NCBI GenBank assembly: GCA_963729625.1
Contig: CAVSOU010000008.1
Span: forward strand, 970,106 to 1,034,105
Direction: 5' to 3'
Source of the DNA: an uncultured bacterium
Lineage (GTDB): Bacteria; Chloroflexota; UBA5177; JANWHV01
Length of the DNA: 64,000 nt
Numbering within the stretch: the stretch's first letter is position 1; every line of letters begins with the position of its first letter. This document shows, piece after piece, positions 10,287 through 20,451 of the stretch. Below the pieces are notes generated by a model. The model ran no database searches and had not been told where the DNA came from. It saw only the letters and a list, made by a program, of their open reading frames with translations. A program made the position numbers and the translations under genes.

Positions 10287-11042
10287 TTACTGCTCCTTCG
10301 GCGGCGCCGGCCAGCTACTGCTCTGATCTGAGCTCGCCCGCCCAGATCCGACGGAGCGCGGATGCAGCAGGTGCTCCATCTCATCCTGGCTGAGGGCGCC
10401 GCTCGGTCTGCCCATCCATGGCTGCATGGGGCCCGACGCTGAGCCGCCGGCATCCTCGGGCGGCCGTGGCCAGCCGGCCGTGCCTCCCCAAGACTGCGCG
10501 GAGCCGCTCGGCTGCCACGCATGTGCCTGCTGTAGCACCCACGCGTCGCCCGTGACGAGACGCGCGAAGCCAGCCACGGCGAGCACGATGGCCGCTGCCA
10601 GCATCAGCCACAGCCCGGCGCCTGCGCCGATCGACACGTAGCCGCGCAGCCACTGCAGCGCCGAGCTGCTACTCACCGCGGACACGGCGGCGATGTTGCG
10701 CGCGCTGACGGCGATCAGCACCGCCGCTGCCAGGATATCGCCGATGCCCTGGGCCTGGCGGACCTCGCTGCAACGTATGAGAGCCGCCAGCCCGATCAGC
10801 GCCACGGCGCCGCCCAGTGCGGGGGCATACCAGCCGTCGAGGATCTGACCGTCGAAGCCGCTCCACGAGAAGCTGGTGGTGGTGGTATAGCCATTGGCGT
10901 CCTGGTAGCTGGTCTGCGCGGTGATCCAGGGCAGGAATGCGCAGATCGCCGCGATCACACCTGCCGCCAACGCCGTGATCGTCGGCAACAACGCTACCTC
11001 CGTCTGGGTGGACGGGACATCGTACGCGCTGCGTGCCTCCAT
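10287..11042 (-). CDS. Four-TM membrane protein (FLPW...DGW...GAGLWL family), paralog 1
   Basis: ATG 11042 after GGAGGAGGG; hydrophobic helices; homologous to 20452..21905 and 22960..23634. Confidence 0.8.
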   Translation of the reverse strand: MEARSAYDVPSTQTEVALLPTITALAAGVIAAICAFLPWITAQTSYQDANGYTTTTSFSWSGFDGQILDGWYAPALGGAVALIGLAALIRCSEVRQAQGIGDILAAAVLIAVSARNIAAVSAVSSSSALQWLRGYVSIGAGAGLWLMLAAAIVLAVAGFARLVTGDAWVLQQAHAWQPSGSAQSWGGTAGWPRPPEDAGGSASGPMQPWMGRPSGALSQDEMEHLLHPRSVGSGRASSDQSSSWPAPPKEQ

Positions 11043-11185
11043 TGTCTTTCCCCCTCCTCCCGCCGCGCGCGGCAGGCGCATCGCTACCGCCGGCTCGCCA
11101 GAGCCCCGGTCCATGCATGCGGCCAACCGACCCAGCTTGGGCAAAGTACGGCGTGTCCGCGCGCCGGGTCACTGATGACACGCCC

Positions 11186-11218
11186 ATCCTAGCAGCCGAA
11201 CATTAGGCGGACATTAGG
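11186..11218 (-). promoter_or_regulatory. CCTAAYG direct-repeat operator + extended -10, copy 3
   Basis: Minus strand: cctaatg tccg cctaatg ttcggc tgc taggat. Confidence 0.85.
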
Positions 11219-11311
11219 CGTACCAAGATAGCCGCACTAGCCTCATATGCGCGCCGTACGGACCTCTGCTACACTGTCCCGCAGCAAGCCCGATGCGCCT
11301 GGAGGCGGGTA

Positions 11312-13789
11312 GTGTCGAGGGGTCAGGAGCCACGAGCACGTGTCCACGGGAAGCAACGCCGGGCCGATCCGGCGCGCGGATCCGGTCGCGACACATCGAA
11401 GCTTGCCGTGGGCGCGGATCCGATTTCCGCGCAGCATGCCCTGCCCGTGCTCCACGTGCGGACGCTCGGCGGGTTTTCGCTACTGCGTGGTGAAGAGTCG
11501 CTCATAACCGAGGCGTGGCGCGGTGATCGGCTCTGGCCGCTCTTCACCGGCCTGCTCAGTGCAAGCAACCACCGGCTCAGCCGGGACCAGGCAATCGAGC
11601 TTCTCTGGCCGGATAAGGAGCTGGCGGACCCGGCGAACAGCCTGCGCGAAGTACTGAGCAAGCTTCGTCGGCTGCTGGCCGGCGGCTCCTCGGCGCCAAC
11701 TCAGGCCTATGTGCGGAGCGACGGTGCATTCCTGGTCCTGGTGTCCGGTGCGGTGCTGATCGATGCCGATATGTTTCTTGCGGAGGCGCAAAGGGCATCG
11801 GCTACCCGGGACCTGACGGCATGCCAGACAGCGATCGATCTGTATGCCGGCGAGTACCTGCCGCAGGGGACAGTCGAACCGCTCTCCCGGCACGCCGCAC
11901 TCGTGCGCGGACGTCGGAGTGCCTTGCGCCATGCCGCGAGCGACGTGCTCGCCCTGGCCGCCGAGCTCTGCGATGGAACGGACCTACGTCGTGCCGCCGC
12001 GTATTTGCAACGTGCATTCGGGCTGAATCCCAGCGCCGAGGAGAAGGCGCGCCGGCTCATGACCACGTATGCGCGCATTGGCGAGCTCGCGGCCGCGCAG
12101 GAGGTGTTCGGCACGCTGACACGCACGCTCGCGCACCAGGGCGTGCCGCCGAGCCTGGAGACAACCCGGCTGCGCGACTCGCTGCTGGAAAAAAGCGCAC
12201 CTCGCGGCACCTTGCCCCAGGAGGGCCAGGCCCCGGCAGGCTTGCTCACCTGCCTGGTCGTGCTCGGAGACGGAGCGACTCCCGCCCCTGTGGAAGCCGT
12301 CGTAGCTGCGCACCACGGGAGCAGCGCCGATGCGGACCCCACGGATCGGTGCTGGCGCTTCAGCTTCTCCGATCCACATGAGGCCCTCGCCGCCGCCTTG
12401 ACGCTCACCTCGCCCCCGCCCTCCGCTGCCATTCCCCGTGGCATGCGCGCCGCTGTCCATACCGGGCAAACCGGATATCGGCCTGAGCACGATGCGGGCT
12501 TCGCGCTGGCCAAGATGCTTGCCGAGATTGCACACGCCGGACAGGCATTGGTGTCGCACGTGACGTATGCGGTCGCAGGCGCCTCGCTGCCGGCACACAT
12601 GGCACTGCCCAGGCTTGATTCCTATGAGCTGCCCTACAGCTCGGAGCCGGTTGCCGTCTACCAGCTCAGCAAAGCGAACTCGGTCGTCACCTACCCGCCG
12701 CTGCGAGCACGTCGTCACCGGCCGCATAATCTGCCGGCTCCGATCACGGCCTACGTGGCGCGGCCGCGACTTCAGGCAAGGCTCGGCGCGCTGATCGCTC
12801 CCGCCGCGGGACGCAGCACCCGACTGTTAACGCTGACCGGCGTGGGCGGCGGCGGCAAGACGCGCCTGGCAGTGGAGCTGGCGCGTGACCTGCTGCCGCG
12901 GTTTCCCGACGGCGTCTGGCTGGTCGAGCTCGCCTCGCTGTCCGAGCCGCGCGATGTGCCGGCACAGATCGCGCGCGTGCTCGGCCTGCGTGAGGAGCGC
13001 GGCGTTCCGATAATGGATTCCGTTGCCGCCTATCTGCGCGCCCGCGAGCAGCCCTTGCTGCTGGTGCTCGACAACTGCGAGCATCTGGTGGACGCATGCG
13101 CTCAAGCCACGGCGGTGTTGCTCCAGGCCGGCGAGCTGGTCCACGTGCTGGCCACCAGTCGCGAACGGCTGCGCATGCAAGGTGAGCGCGCCGAAGAGGT
13201 GCCGCTTCTGTCGACGCCAATCCCGCGCGACGGCGGCTTTCCGCTCGCGGATATCGGCGGGGCGGAGTCCGTCCGGCTATTCTGCACGCGCTCCACGGAA
13301 AGCGTGCCCGACTTTGCGCTGTCCGCCGCGAACGCGCAGGCTACTGCCCGCATCTGTGCACGGCTCGATGGGATCCCGCTGGCTATCGAGCTCGCGGCGG
13401 CGCAGCTTGTCCGCCTGCCCCTCACGGAGATTGTGGATGGCCTTGACCGCTCCATCGGGCTGTTGGCCGGCGGCAATACCGGCGCCTTGCCCCGGCACCA
13501 GACGCTTCACGCGGCGATCGACTGGAGCTATCGGCTGCTCAGTGCGGACGCGCAAACCTTATTCCGGAGACTCGCGGTCTTCGCCGGAGGCTGGACGGCC
13601 CCCGCCGCTCAGGAAGTGTGCGGACTGAGAGGCCTCCATCCGGACGACGTCGGGCCGCTACTGCAGGAGCTCCTCCTGGCGTCGCTCGCGATCCGCTACA
13701 AGGCCGGTGACCAGCATCGCTACCGTATGCTCGAGCCCGTGCGACAATATGCCCTGGGTCAGCTCCATGGTCAGCTCGACACCGCTTGA
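11312..13789 (+). CDS. SARP/AfsR-family regulator: wHTH-BTAD + degenerate class III cyclase-like domain + NB-ARC/STAND ATPase; C-terminally interrupted
   Basis: VRTLGGF, LSRDQAIELLWP, AIDLYAGEYL, PSLETTRL (SARP/BTAD); RAAVHTG, AHAGQALVS (cyclase fold); GVGGGGKT, LLVLDNCEHL, LDGIPLAIELAA (STAND). Start codon uncertain. Confidence 0.85.
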   Translation: MSRGQEPRARVHGKQRRADPARGSGRDTSKLAVGADPISAQHALPVLHVRTLGGFSLLRGEESLITEAWRGDRLWPLFTGLLSASNHRLSRDQAIELLWPDKELADPANSLREVLSKLRRLLAGGSSAPTQAYVRSDGAFLVLVSGAVLIDADMFLAEAQRASATRDLTACQTAIDLYAGEYLPQGTVEPLSRHAALVRGRRSALRHAASDVLALAAELCDGTDLRRAAAYLQRAFGLNPSAEEKARRLMTTYARIGELAAAQEVFGTLTRTLAHQGVPPSLETTRLRDSLLEKSAPRGTLPQEGQAPAGLLTCLVVLGDGATPAPVEAVVAAHHGSSADADPTDRCWRFSFSDPHEALAAALTLTSPPPSAAIPRGMRAAVHTGQTGYRPEHDAGFALAKMLAEIAHAGQALVSHVTYAVAGASLPAHMALPRLDSYELPYSSEPVAVYQLSKANSVVTYPPLRARRHRPHNLPAPITAYVARPRLQARLGALIAPAAGRSTRLLTLTGVGGGGKTRLAVELARDLLPRFPDGVWLVELASLSEPRDVPAQIARVLGLREERGVPIMDSVAAYLRAREQPLLLVLDNCEHLVDACAQATAVLLQAGELVHVLATSRERLRMQGERAEEVPLLSTPIPRDGGFPLADIGGAESVRLFCTRSTESVPDFALSAANAQATARICARLDGIPLAIELAAAQLVRLPLTEIVDGLDRSIGLLAGGNTGALPRHQTLHAAIDWSYRLLSADAQTLFRRLAVFAGGWTAPAAQEVCGLRGLHPDDVGPLLQELLLASLAIRYKAGDQHRYRMLEPVRQYALGQLHGQLDTA

Positions 13790-13939
13790 TGCCCACGAGT
13801 TGCATGCGCCCAGTGGCGCCTACGATCGGCTCTCCGGAAGACGCGAAGAAAGGAGCGCACGCAAGACCGGCCGTGTTCCATAGCGCGCTGGCGGCGACCA
13901 TGCGCGAGCGGGTCGCAAATGAGCAGAGGTTCGGGTGGT

Positions 13940-14085
13940 ACGGCGTGAGCAGTGAAGCGCGACAGGTGCACGTGGCGCACCGCGACTACTACCTCCGGCC
14001 CGCCGAGGAGGCCCTCGCGGCGAGGCAAAGCGAGCTGCAGGAGCAATGGCTGGCACCGCTCGCGGCAGAAGACGGCATCATGAAG
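13940..14085 (+). pseudogene. Detached remnant of the STAND regulator C-terminus
   Basis: EARQVHVAHRDYYLRPAEEA...QEQWLAPLAAEDG is the usual sequence following the STAND wHTH. It lies in another frame after about 170 bp of unrelated DNA, and no TPR tail follows. Confidence 0.6.
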
Positions 14086-14108
14086 GACGTGCCGGCCTGT
14101 GGGTTCCG

Positions 14109-14141
14109 CCTAACGCCCACCTAACGTCCCGCTGCTATAAT
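14109..14141 (+). promoter_or_regulatory. CCTAAYG direct-repeat operator + extended -10 (perfect TATAAT), copy 4
   Basis: cctaacg ccca cctaacg tcccgc tgc tataat; upstream of the kinase gene. Confidence 0.9.
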
Positions 14142-14230
14142 TGGGCTGTCTCATGGGGCATAATACCCTGTCCAGCACTCCTGCGCGAGTTTGCGACTTG
14201 CGGCCGGGCCGCGGGACTGGAGCCTGATCG

Positions 14231-16675
14231 GTGAGCCTGCCTACTGGCACCATGGTAAGCGGCTACCGCATCCTCTACGAGGCTGGGCGGGGCGGCATGG
14301 CCGTGGTCTACCGTGCTCGGCAGGAGAACCTCGGCCGCGATGTGGCTCTCAAGATGCTGTCGAGCACACTGGCCTTCGACCCTGGCTTCCTAGCCCGCTT
14401 TCATCAAGAGGCCCATTCAGTGGCCAGCCTACAGCACCCTGCCATTCTGGTCATCCATGACGTAGGGGCCTTCCAAGAGCAGCCGTACCTGGTGACCGAG
14501 TTCATCGAGGGCGGCACACTGGTGAAGTACCTTGGAACGCCGCAGCCCCTCGGAACGGTTGTCCAGCTTCTGGGTCCCATCGCCTCAGCCCTCGACCACG
14601 CCCACGCGAGGGGAATCCTGCATCGCGACGTCAAGCCCGCGAACATCCTGCTTCGCCAGGACGGCGGCCCGGTGCTGGCAGACTTTGGCCTGGCGGTGGC
14701 GGCTGAAGCCAATCGGCGCCTGACCCGTACCGGACTTACCATGGGCACACCCGAGTACATGGCGCCCGAGCAGGCGACGCAGCCCTCGAGTAGTCTCACA
14801 CCCGCCGTTGACCGCTACTCCCTTGCCGTGATCGCTTATGAACTGCTCACCGGACGAGTGCCGTTCGAAGGGCCGACGCCGGTAGCAGTGGTCATGGCGC
14901 AGGTCACCCAGGCGCCTCCCCCGCCGCGTGCCCTTAACCCTGCGCTCGCGCTCGGCTTGGATGCCGTTCTGCTCAGTGGTTTGGCCAAGGAGCCGGATCA
15001 CCGTTACCCCAGCGCCACGGCCTATATCCAGGCCCTCGTTGCGACTGCTAACGCCGATGCACCGGAGGCTATGAATGCAGCCCTCCCACCCACGGTCGCC
15101 GTCGCCGCAAACGCGATCCCTCGAGCCGCCGGTGCCATGGCGGGCCCGCCCGCGCCAGCCGGAGCTGCGATCGTCAGCGCGCTGCGGGCGCCGGGGTCGG
15201 GGCCGGCCGACCCAATCCTCATCAACTGGCAGCCGACGCAGGTGGCCGGACGGCTGCCGCGACGGCACAGGCGCGTGTACGCTCTGATGGCAGCGATTTT
15301 CGTGGCCACACTGGCCGTTGCGGTGGCTGGTGTGTTCGCCTGGCACGGCGGCATTCGCCTGGCCGGCAACACACCTGCGTCGGTAACGCGAAGTGCGAGA
15401 CCGCCCACATCCACTGGCCAGACGACGCGGATCGCAATCGTAGTTCCGGCTGGGTCCGGTACGGCCAGCCCTGGGCCGACGGATGTTCCCACCGCGTCCG
15501 CGAGGCCCTTGCCATCGACAACTCTTCTGGCACAGCCATTGTGGGTGGCGGCATTGTCCCCGGGTGAGATCACGACTGTCGCAGGCAACAGCCGAACGCG
15601 AATCGACAGCAACGGTGTCGATGTGGGTACGTACACGGGCAATGGTGGCCTCGCCAAGGATGCCGGTTTTTCTCGCCCGTTCAGCGTGGCCGTTGACGCC
15701 CTGGGTAATCTCATTGTCGCTGACACTTTCAACAATCGCATTCGGAAGATCGCGTTGGACTCGGGCATCGTCACTAACATCGCCGACAATGGCGACTACC
15801 ATTTCAGTGGTGACGGCGGGCTAGCTATAGATGCGGGGATAAGTCCCAACGACGTAGCACTCGATCAGTTAGGAAACCTGTATATCGCAGACGCCGCCAA
15901 TCATCGTGTGCGGAAGGTGAGCGCAAGCACCGGCATCGTCACTACCGTTGCCGGTACGGGCACGTACGGCGACAGCGGTGACGGGGGCCTAGCCACGCAG
16001 GCGGAGATCAGCTTTCCCAATTACGTGGCTTTCGACAATGAAGGGAACATCTACTTCGTTGATTTCGGTGCGGAGCGCGTGCGGAAGATAGACGTGAATA
16101 CCGGCTACATCTCCACGGTTGCCGGCGACGGCGTTGTTCGGAAGGATACCTACGGAATCTGGATCGGCAGCTACAGCGGCGACGGCGGCCCGGCCTAGGA
16201 GGCGGGACTCAATCGCCCAAGCGGTGTGGCTGTTGACCAAGCAGGGAATATCTATATCGCGGATCGCGACAACAATCGCATCCGTATGGTCCAGGCAGCA
16301 ACGGGGGCTATTTCGACGGTAGCTGGCACCGGGGTCGCAGGCTTCAGTGGCGACGGTGGCCCGGCGGCGGCAGCCGAACTGTCGCAGCCAAGCTGTGTGA
16401 TACTCGACACGCGCGGCGATCTCTACATATCGGACACAGGTAATCAGCGGGTCCGCATGGTGGATGCAGCAACCGGCGCAATCACGACGATCGCCGGTGC
16501 CAGGCCGATCGACAGTAGTGGCGACGGCGGATATGGCGGCGATTATGGTGCCGCCACCGACGCGCAGTTGAATCAACCTCTCGGCCTTGCGATGGATCGG
16601 ATGGGGAATCTCTACATAGCAGACAGTCTCAACAACCGAGTGCGCGTGGTGCGCGGAGTAGCGTCGGCCAACTGA
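14231..16675 (+). CDS. Transmembrane Hanks-type Ser/Thr kinase with extracellular NHL repeats; in-frame TAG at 16196-16198
   Basis: GRGGMAVVY, VALK, HRDVKPANIL, DFG, GTPEYMAPE; TM helix; NHL repeats continue in the same frame after the TAG into ORF 16226..16675. Confidence 0.9.
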
Positions 16676-16867
16676 CTTTGTTCAGCCCCGGCAAGTGCCC
16701 GCGAAGCTATCGGCCGGGCGGCGCGACCGCCTGTGTCCGCGGATCGGATCGGCGAACGGTGCTGTAAGCGGCCAACTCGCGGGGCCGGCTAGGGCAGGTG
16801 GCTTGATAGTAAATATGGCCGCATCAGTAGTTACCGTGGTTGGCCCCGTGGCCCGGTCCGGCTCACT

Positions 16868-19315
16868 ATGACCGGCCCAATCCTCTGCCCCCAGTGCGGC
16901 ACGCCGGTTGCTGCCGCGTCTTGCTTCTGCGGCTCGTGCGGCTGCCGCATTGCAAGGCCAGCCGCGTCGACAGCGGGTTTTCACCGCGCCCTCTCGCCCA
17001 TCGATGTGCCGCAGCTCGTGGTGAGACAACCGGGCAAACAAGAGGTTGCATTTCCGCTCGTCAGCCAAAGCATGCGGCTCGGGCGGGCGGACGATTGCGA
17101 TATCCGCGTTGCCTCCCCGGGCGTCTCGCGCCTACACGCACTTATCTTCCAGCGGCAGGGCCAGTACGTACTCGTGGATCAGGGCAGCGTGAACGGCATC
17201 TACGTGGGCGGCGCGCGCGTCAAGGAGGCCGTGCTCCACCAGGGCGACCGGGTGCGTATCCCCGATCCGGTAGGTGATGCGATTGTGTTGACGTTCGAGG
17301 CGCCCGTGCCCCCAGGTGCGTTGGCAGTCGCGGCCAGCGGCCCACTCGGGTTTGATCTCGATCCCGCCAGGCCGCGGTTCACTATCGGCCGCGATCCCGG
17401 TAGCGACTTGGTCATTGACCAGCCGTTGGTGTCACGCCGCCACGCACGGTTCGAGCGGGAAGGCCTGCAGCTCACGCTATACGATCTTGGCAGCACCAAC
17501 GGCACCTACGTGAACGGCAATTGCATCCCTGGCCACGCACAGATCGCGCCGGGCGACGAAATCCGGATCGGGCCGGCGTCGTTCATCTTCGACGGCCGGC
17601 GCCTCGTGCCGTCCACCCAGCAGCAGGGCGTGCGCCTGGACGCACTCAATCTCGTGCGCCGTGTCGGGACAAACCACTCGGATGTAATCCTGAACAACGT
17701 GTCCCTCAGCATCCTGCCACGGGAGTTCGTAGCCCTCATCGGGGGCAGCGGCGCGGGGAAAACCACGCTCATGTACGCACTCTCCGGCGCCCATCCTGCC
17801 CAGCAAGGTACGATGCTGTATAACGGCCAGGACTTCTACCGCCAGCCGGGTCCCTACAGCGGCGCCATAGGATACGTCCCGCAAGATGACATTCTGCACC
17901 GCGATCTCCCGGTGGAACGGGCCCTCGAGTTCGCGGCGGAGCTACGTTTGCCCCACGATACGACACGCGCCGAACGCGAGCGGCGTGTCACAGACGTCTT
18001 GCGCGACGTAGAAATGGAGGCGCACCGGTATAAGCGCATTTGCGAGCTGAGCGGTGGCCAGCGCAAGCGCGTAAGCATCGCGCTCGAGCTACTGGCCAAT
18101 CCAAAGGTGCTGTTCCTGGATGAGCCGACCTCGGGTCTGGACCCTGGGCTGGACAAGGCGATCATGACACAGCTCCAGCTCCTGAGCGATCGAGGGCGCA
18201 CAGTGGTCCTGGTAACCCACGCGACCGAGAACATCCAGATGTGCGATCTGGTAGCGATCATGGCCGGCGGCCGGCTGGTGTACTACGGTCCGCCCGCCGA
18301 TGCGCCAGCCTTCTTCGGGGTAGGAACCTACCCCGACGCGTACCGGTACTGCGCACAGCACGCCAGCTCAATCGCGGCTATCGAGGCTGCATTCAGCCAG
18401 TCGAAGTACTTCAGGATGTACGTCGAGGACCGGTTGAAGCAACGGCGGCCGGGGCCGGTTCATGCAGCGGGAGCGCTGCCAGGAAGGGCAAGCCAGAAAC
18501 GTGCTGGTGGCCTGCGCCAGTGGAAGATTCTCGGTCGCCGCTACAGCGAGATTCTCCTGCGTGACCGACTAAATCTGGCGCTTCTGCTCGGGCAGGCTCC
18601 GGTAATTGGCGTGCTCCTGCTGCTGGTCGCCGACGGCGATAGCTTTACCCTGGACAACGTCGGCTCGTCCCAGCAGATCCTGCTCATGCTTACGCTGGCG
18701 GCGATATGGTTTGGCACGATCAACGCAGCGCGCGAGATCGTCAAGGAGCGCCCGATTTACCAGCGCGAGCGCATGGTGAACCTGCGCCTCTGGCCGTACA
18801 TCCTCTCCAAGTTCGGCATACTCGCCGTGCTCTCGCTGGTCCAGTCGCTCGTTCTGCTGGCACTGGTGGCGCTCAAGGCCAGCCACATCCTGGACACCAG
18901 CATTCTGCTGCCGGCATTCCCCGAGATATGGCTCACGCTGCTGCTGACGTCGATGGCAGGTCTCGCCTCCGGCTTGCTGATCTCGAGTCTGGTCACATCC
19001 GCGGACAGGGCGATGAGTCTGATCCCGGTCGTGCTGCTGGCCCAGGCTATCTTCTGTGGTGGGATCTTTGCGCTGCATGGCGCCATCACCTGCGTGTCGT
19101 ACCTTTTCTTCAGCCGCTGGTGCCTAGCCGCACTCGGGTCCACCGTGCACATGAACGACTTGGTTCGCGCGCCGTTGCCCGACTGGCCGAAGGAAATGTA
19201 TGCCTCACCCGACTCCATACACCTTATTGCCTACTGGCTCGTGCTCACCGGGTTCATAGTGGTATTTCTGATGGGAACGCGAGTGTCATTGCGCCGGCAG
19301 GACGCGAGGGGCTAA
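16868..19315 (+). CDS. Zinc-ribbon-FHA-FHA-ABC exporter (Rv1747-like architecture), copy 1
   Basis: Two FHA domains (GR...VSRxHA...SxNG), GGSGAGKT, LSGGQRKR, LFLDEPT, ABC-2-type TM domain. Confidence 0.92.
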   Translation: MTGPILCPQCGTPVAAASCFCGSCGCRIARPAASTAGFHRALSPIDVPQLVVRQPGKQEVAFPLVSQSMRLGRADDCDIRVASPGVSRLHALIFQRQGQYVLVDQGSVNGIYVGGARVKEAVLHQGDRVRIPDPVGDAIVLTFEAPVPPGALAVAASGPLGFDLDPARPRFTIGRDPGSDLVIDQPLVSRRHARFEREGLQLTLYDLGSTNGTYVNGNCIPGHAQIAPGDEIRIGPASFIFDGRRLVPSTQQQGVRLDALNLVRRVGTNHSDVILNNVSLSILPREFVALIGGSGAGKTTLMYALSGAHPAQQGTMLYNGQDFYRQPGPYSGAIGYVPQDDILHRDLPVERALEFAAELRLPHDTTRAERERRVTDVLRDVEMEAHRYKRICELSGGQRKRVSIALELLANPKVLFLDEPTSGLDPGLDKAIMTQLQLLSDRGRTVVLVTHATENIQMCDLVAIMAGGRLVYYGPPADAPAFFGVGTYPDAYRYCAQHASSIAAIEAAFSQSKYFRMYVEDRLKQRRPGPVHAAGALPGRASQKRAGGLRQWKILGRRYSEILLRDRLNLALLLGQAPVIGVLLLLVADGDSFTLDNVGSSQQILLMLTLAAIWFGTINAAREIVKERPIYQRERMVNLRLWPYILSKFGILAVLSLVQSLVLLALVALKASHILDTSILLPAFPEIWLTLLLTSMAGLASGLLISSLVTSADRAMSLIPVVLLAQAIFCGGIFALHGAITCVSYLFFSRWCLAALGSTVHMNDLVRAPLPDWPKEMYASPDSIHLIAYWLVLTGFIVVFLMGTRVSLRRQDARG

Positions 19316-19817
19316 CGCGGAGTGCCACGAAACCTAGTAGAGCTGGTGCGACCGGCACTGATCACGATCACCGGTAGAAGGGACGCTCGTCATCGATGGC
19401 GCGCCCGCCATTCGCGTAACGGAGGTTGCCCACCAGGGAACCCGTGATTTATCCCCGAAGCGATAGCGATGTTGATAGCCGCCCAAGGGTGCACCAGCGA
19501 GTGTGACACTGCGGAATTGACGTTGAGCCAGTTCTCGCCGATATCAATACCAGCGCGATGTGCGATATGATGCGGCTTGGGCGCCGGAGTTAGCGAGCCG
19601 CGCACGACCTCCACGCGGACACAATCGGGTGATCGGCGCAGGTGGAGCGATGGACCGCTCTCAGGTTCGCGAGGCGGTCACGCGCAACGCGCCATAGCTG
19701 GCCGTCGATATCCGTGGCCGGAAGTGTGGCGCCTGGCCATGGCGGAAGACGCGCCCGGTGCGTTCGGTACCGGTGTCTGTGGCCTCCCAATGCGGTCGCG
19801 TTCACACCAAAATCCGT

Positions 19818-20105
19818 TCAGTGGAACGACTCCGGCCACTGACGTCTTGCGTGGGTGGCGGCGAGGAGTTGTCCCGCGCTCATGCGACAGCGATAGGGCA
19901 CGATATACGGGGTATGCGGTACGACAAGCTCGCGCGTACCGTCCACGCGTCCCGGCCGCCCCAGCGCCGGTTGCTCGAGCAGCAGCGCGGTGGCTGCGAA
20001 GATGCGCTTATACGCTCGCTCCGCGGCGTCGGGATCGTCACGCGCGATGTATGCGACAATCTCTGCCAGATCCGCTCGCGCTTGCGGCATCCAGCGAAGA
20101 CGCAC
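19818..20105 (-). CDS. RelE/ParE-family toxin
   Basis: MRLRWMPQARADLAEIVAYIA...PALGRPGRVDGTRELVV..TPYIV.YR. Confidence 0.85.
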   Translation of the reverse strand: MRLRWMPQARADLAEIVAYIARDDPDAAERAYKRIFAATALLLEQPALGRPGRVDGTRELVVPHTPYIVPYRCRMSAGQLLAATHARRQWPESFH

Positions 20106-20387
20106 TTAGGCCTGCGCCTCGGTGCCGATGCTGCCGGGTCGGGCGCGCGCGTCGGTCACGATTTGCCGCATCTCCGCTTCGATCTCGTCCTGCTCATAGC
20201 CCAAGCCGGCGTCACCTTCGGCCAGTCCCTGGCGGATCTTGGCTACTTGCCAGCGCTCTTCTGCCAGGTAACGCCGCACAGCTTCTGCTACGCGGTGATT
20301 GCGGCCACGTCCTGTAGCGGCAGCGAGTTCATCGAGTTGTGCCTTATACTCTTCCGCCATGCGGACCGCGATGTTTGTCGTTGCCAT
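20106..20387 (-). CDS. CopG/RHH-family antitoxin
   Basis: N-terminal RHH (IAVRM....AQLDELAAATGRGRN..VAEAVRRYL) then WQVAKIRQGL; abuts the toxin gene. Confidence 0.85.
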   Translation of the reverse strand: MATTNIAVRMAEEYKAQLDELAAATGRGRNHRVAEAVRRYLAEERWQVAKIRQGLAEGDAGLGYEQDEIEAEMRQIVTDARARPGSIGTEAQA

Positions 20388-20451
20388 CGGGTAGTCTGCT
20401 CCTCACAGAAAGTGAGACAGGTGTAGAGATCTGTGGACATGTCGTCCACAA

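Noticed and set aside
19390-19810. Small ORFs between the ABC gene and the toxin
   Set aside because: No recognisable motif, RBS or consistent coding frame.
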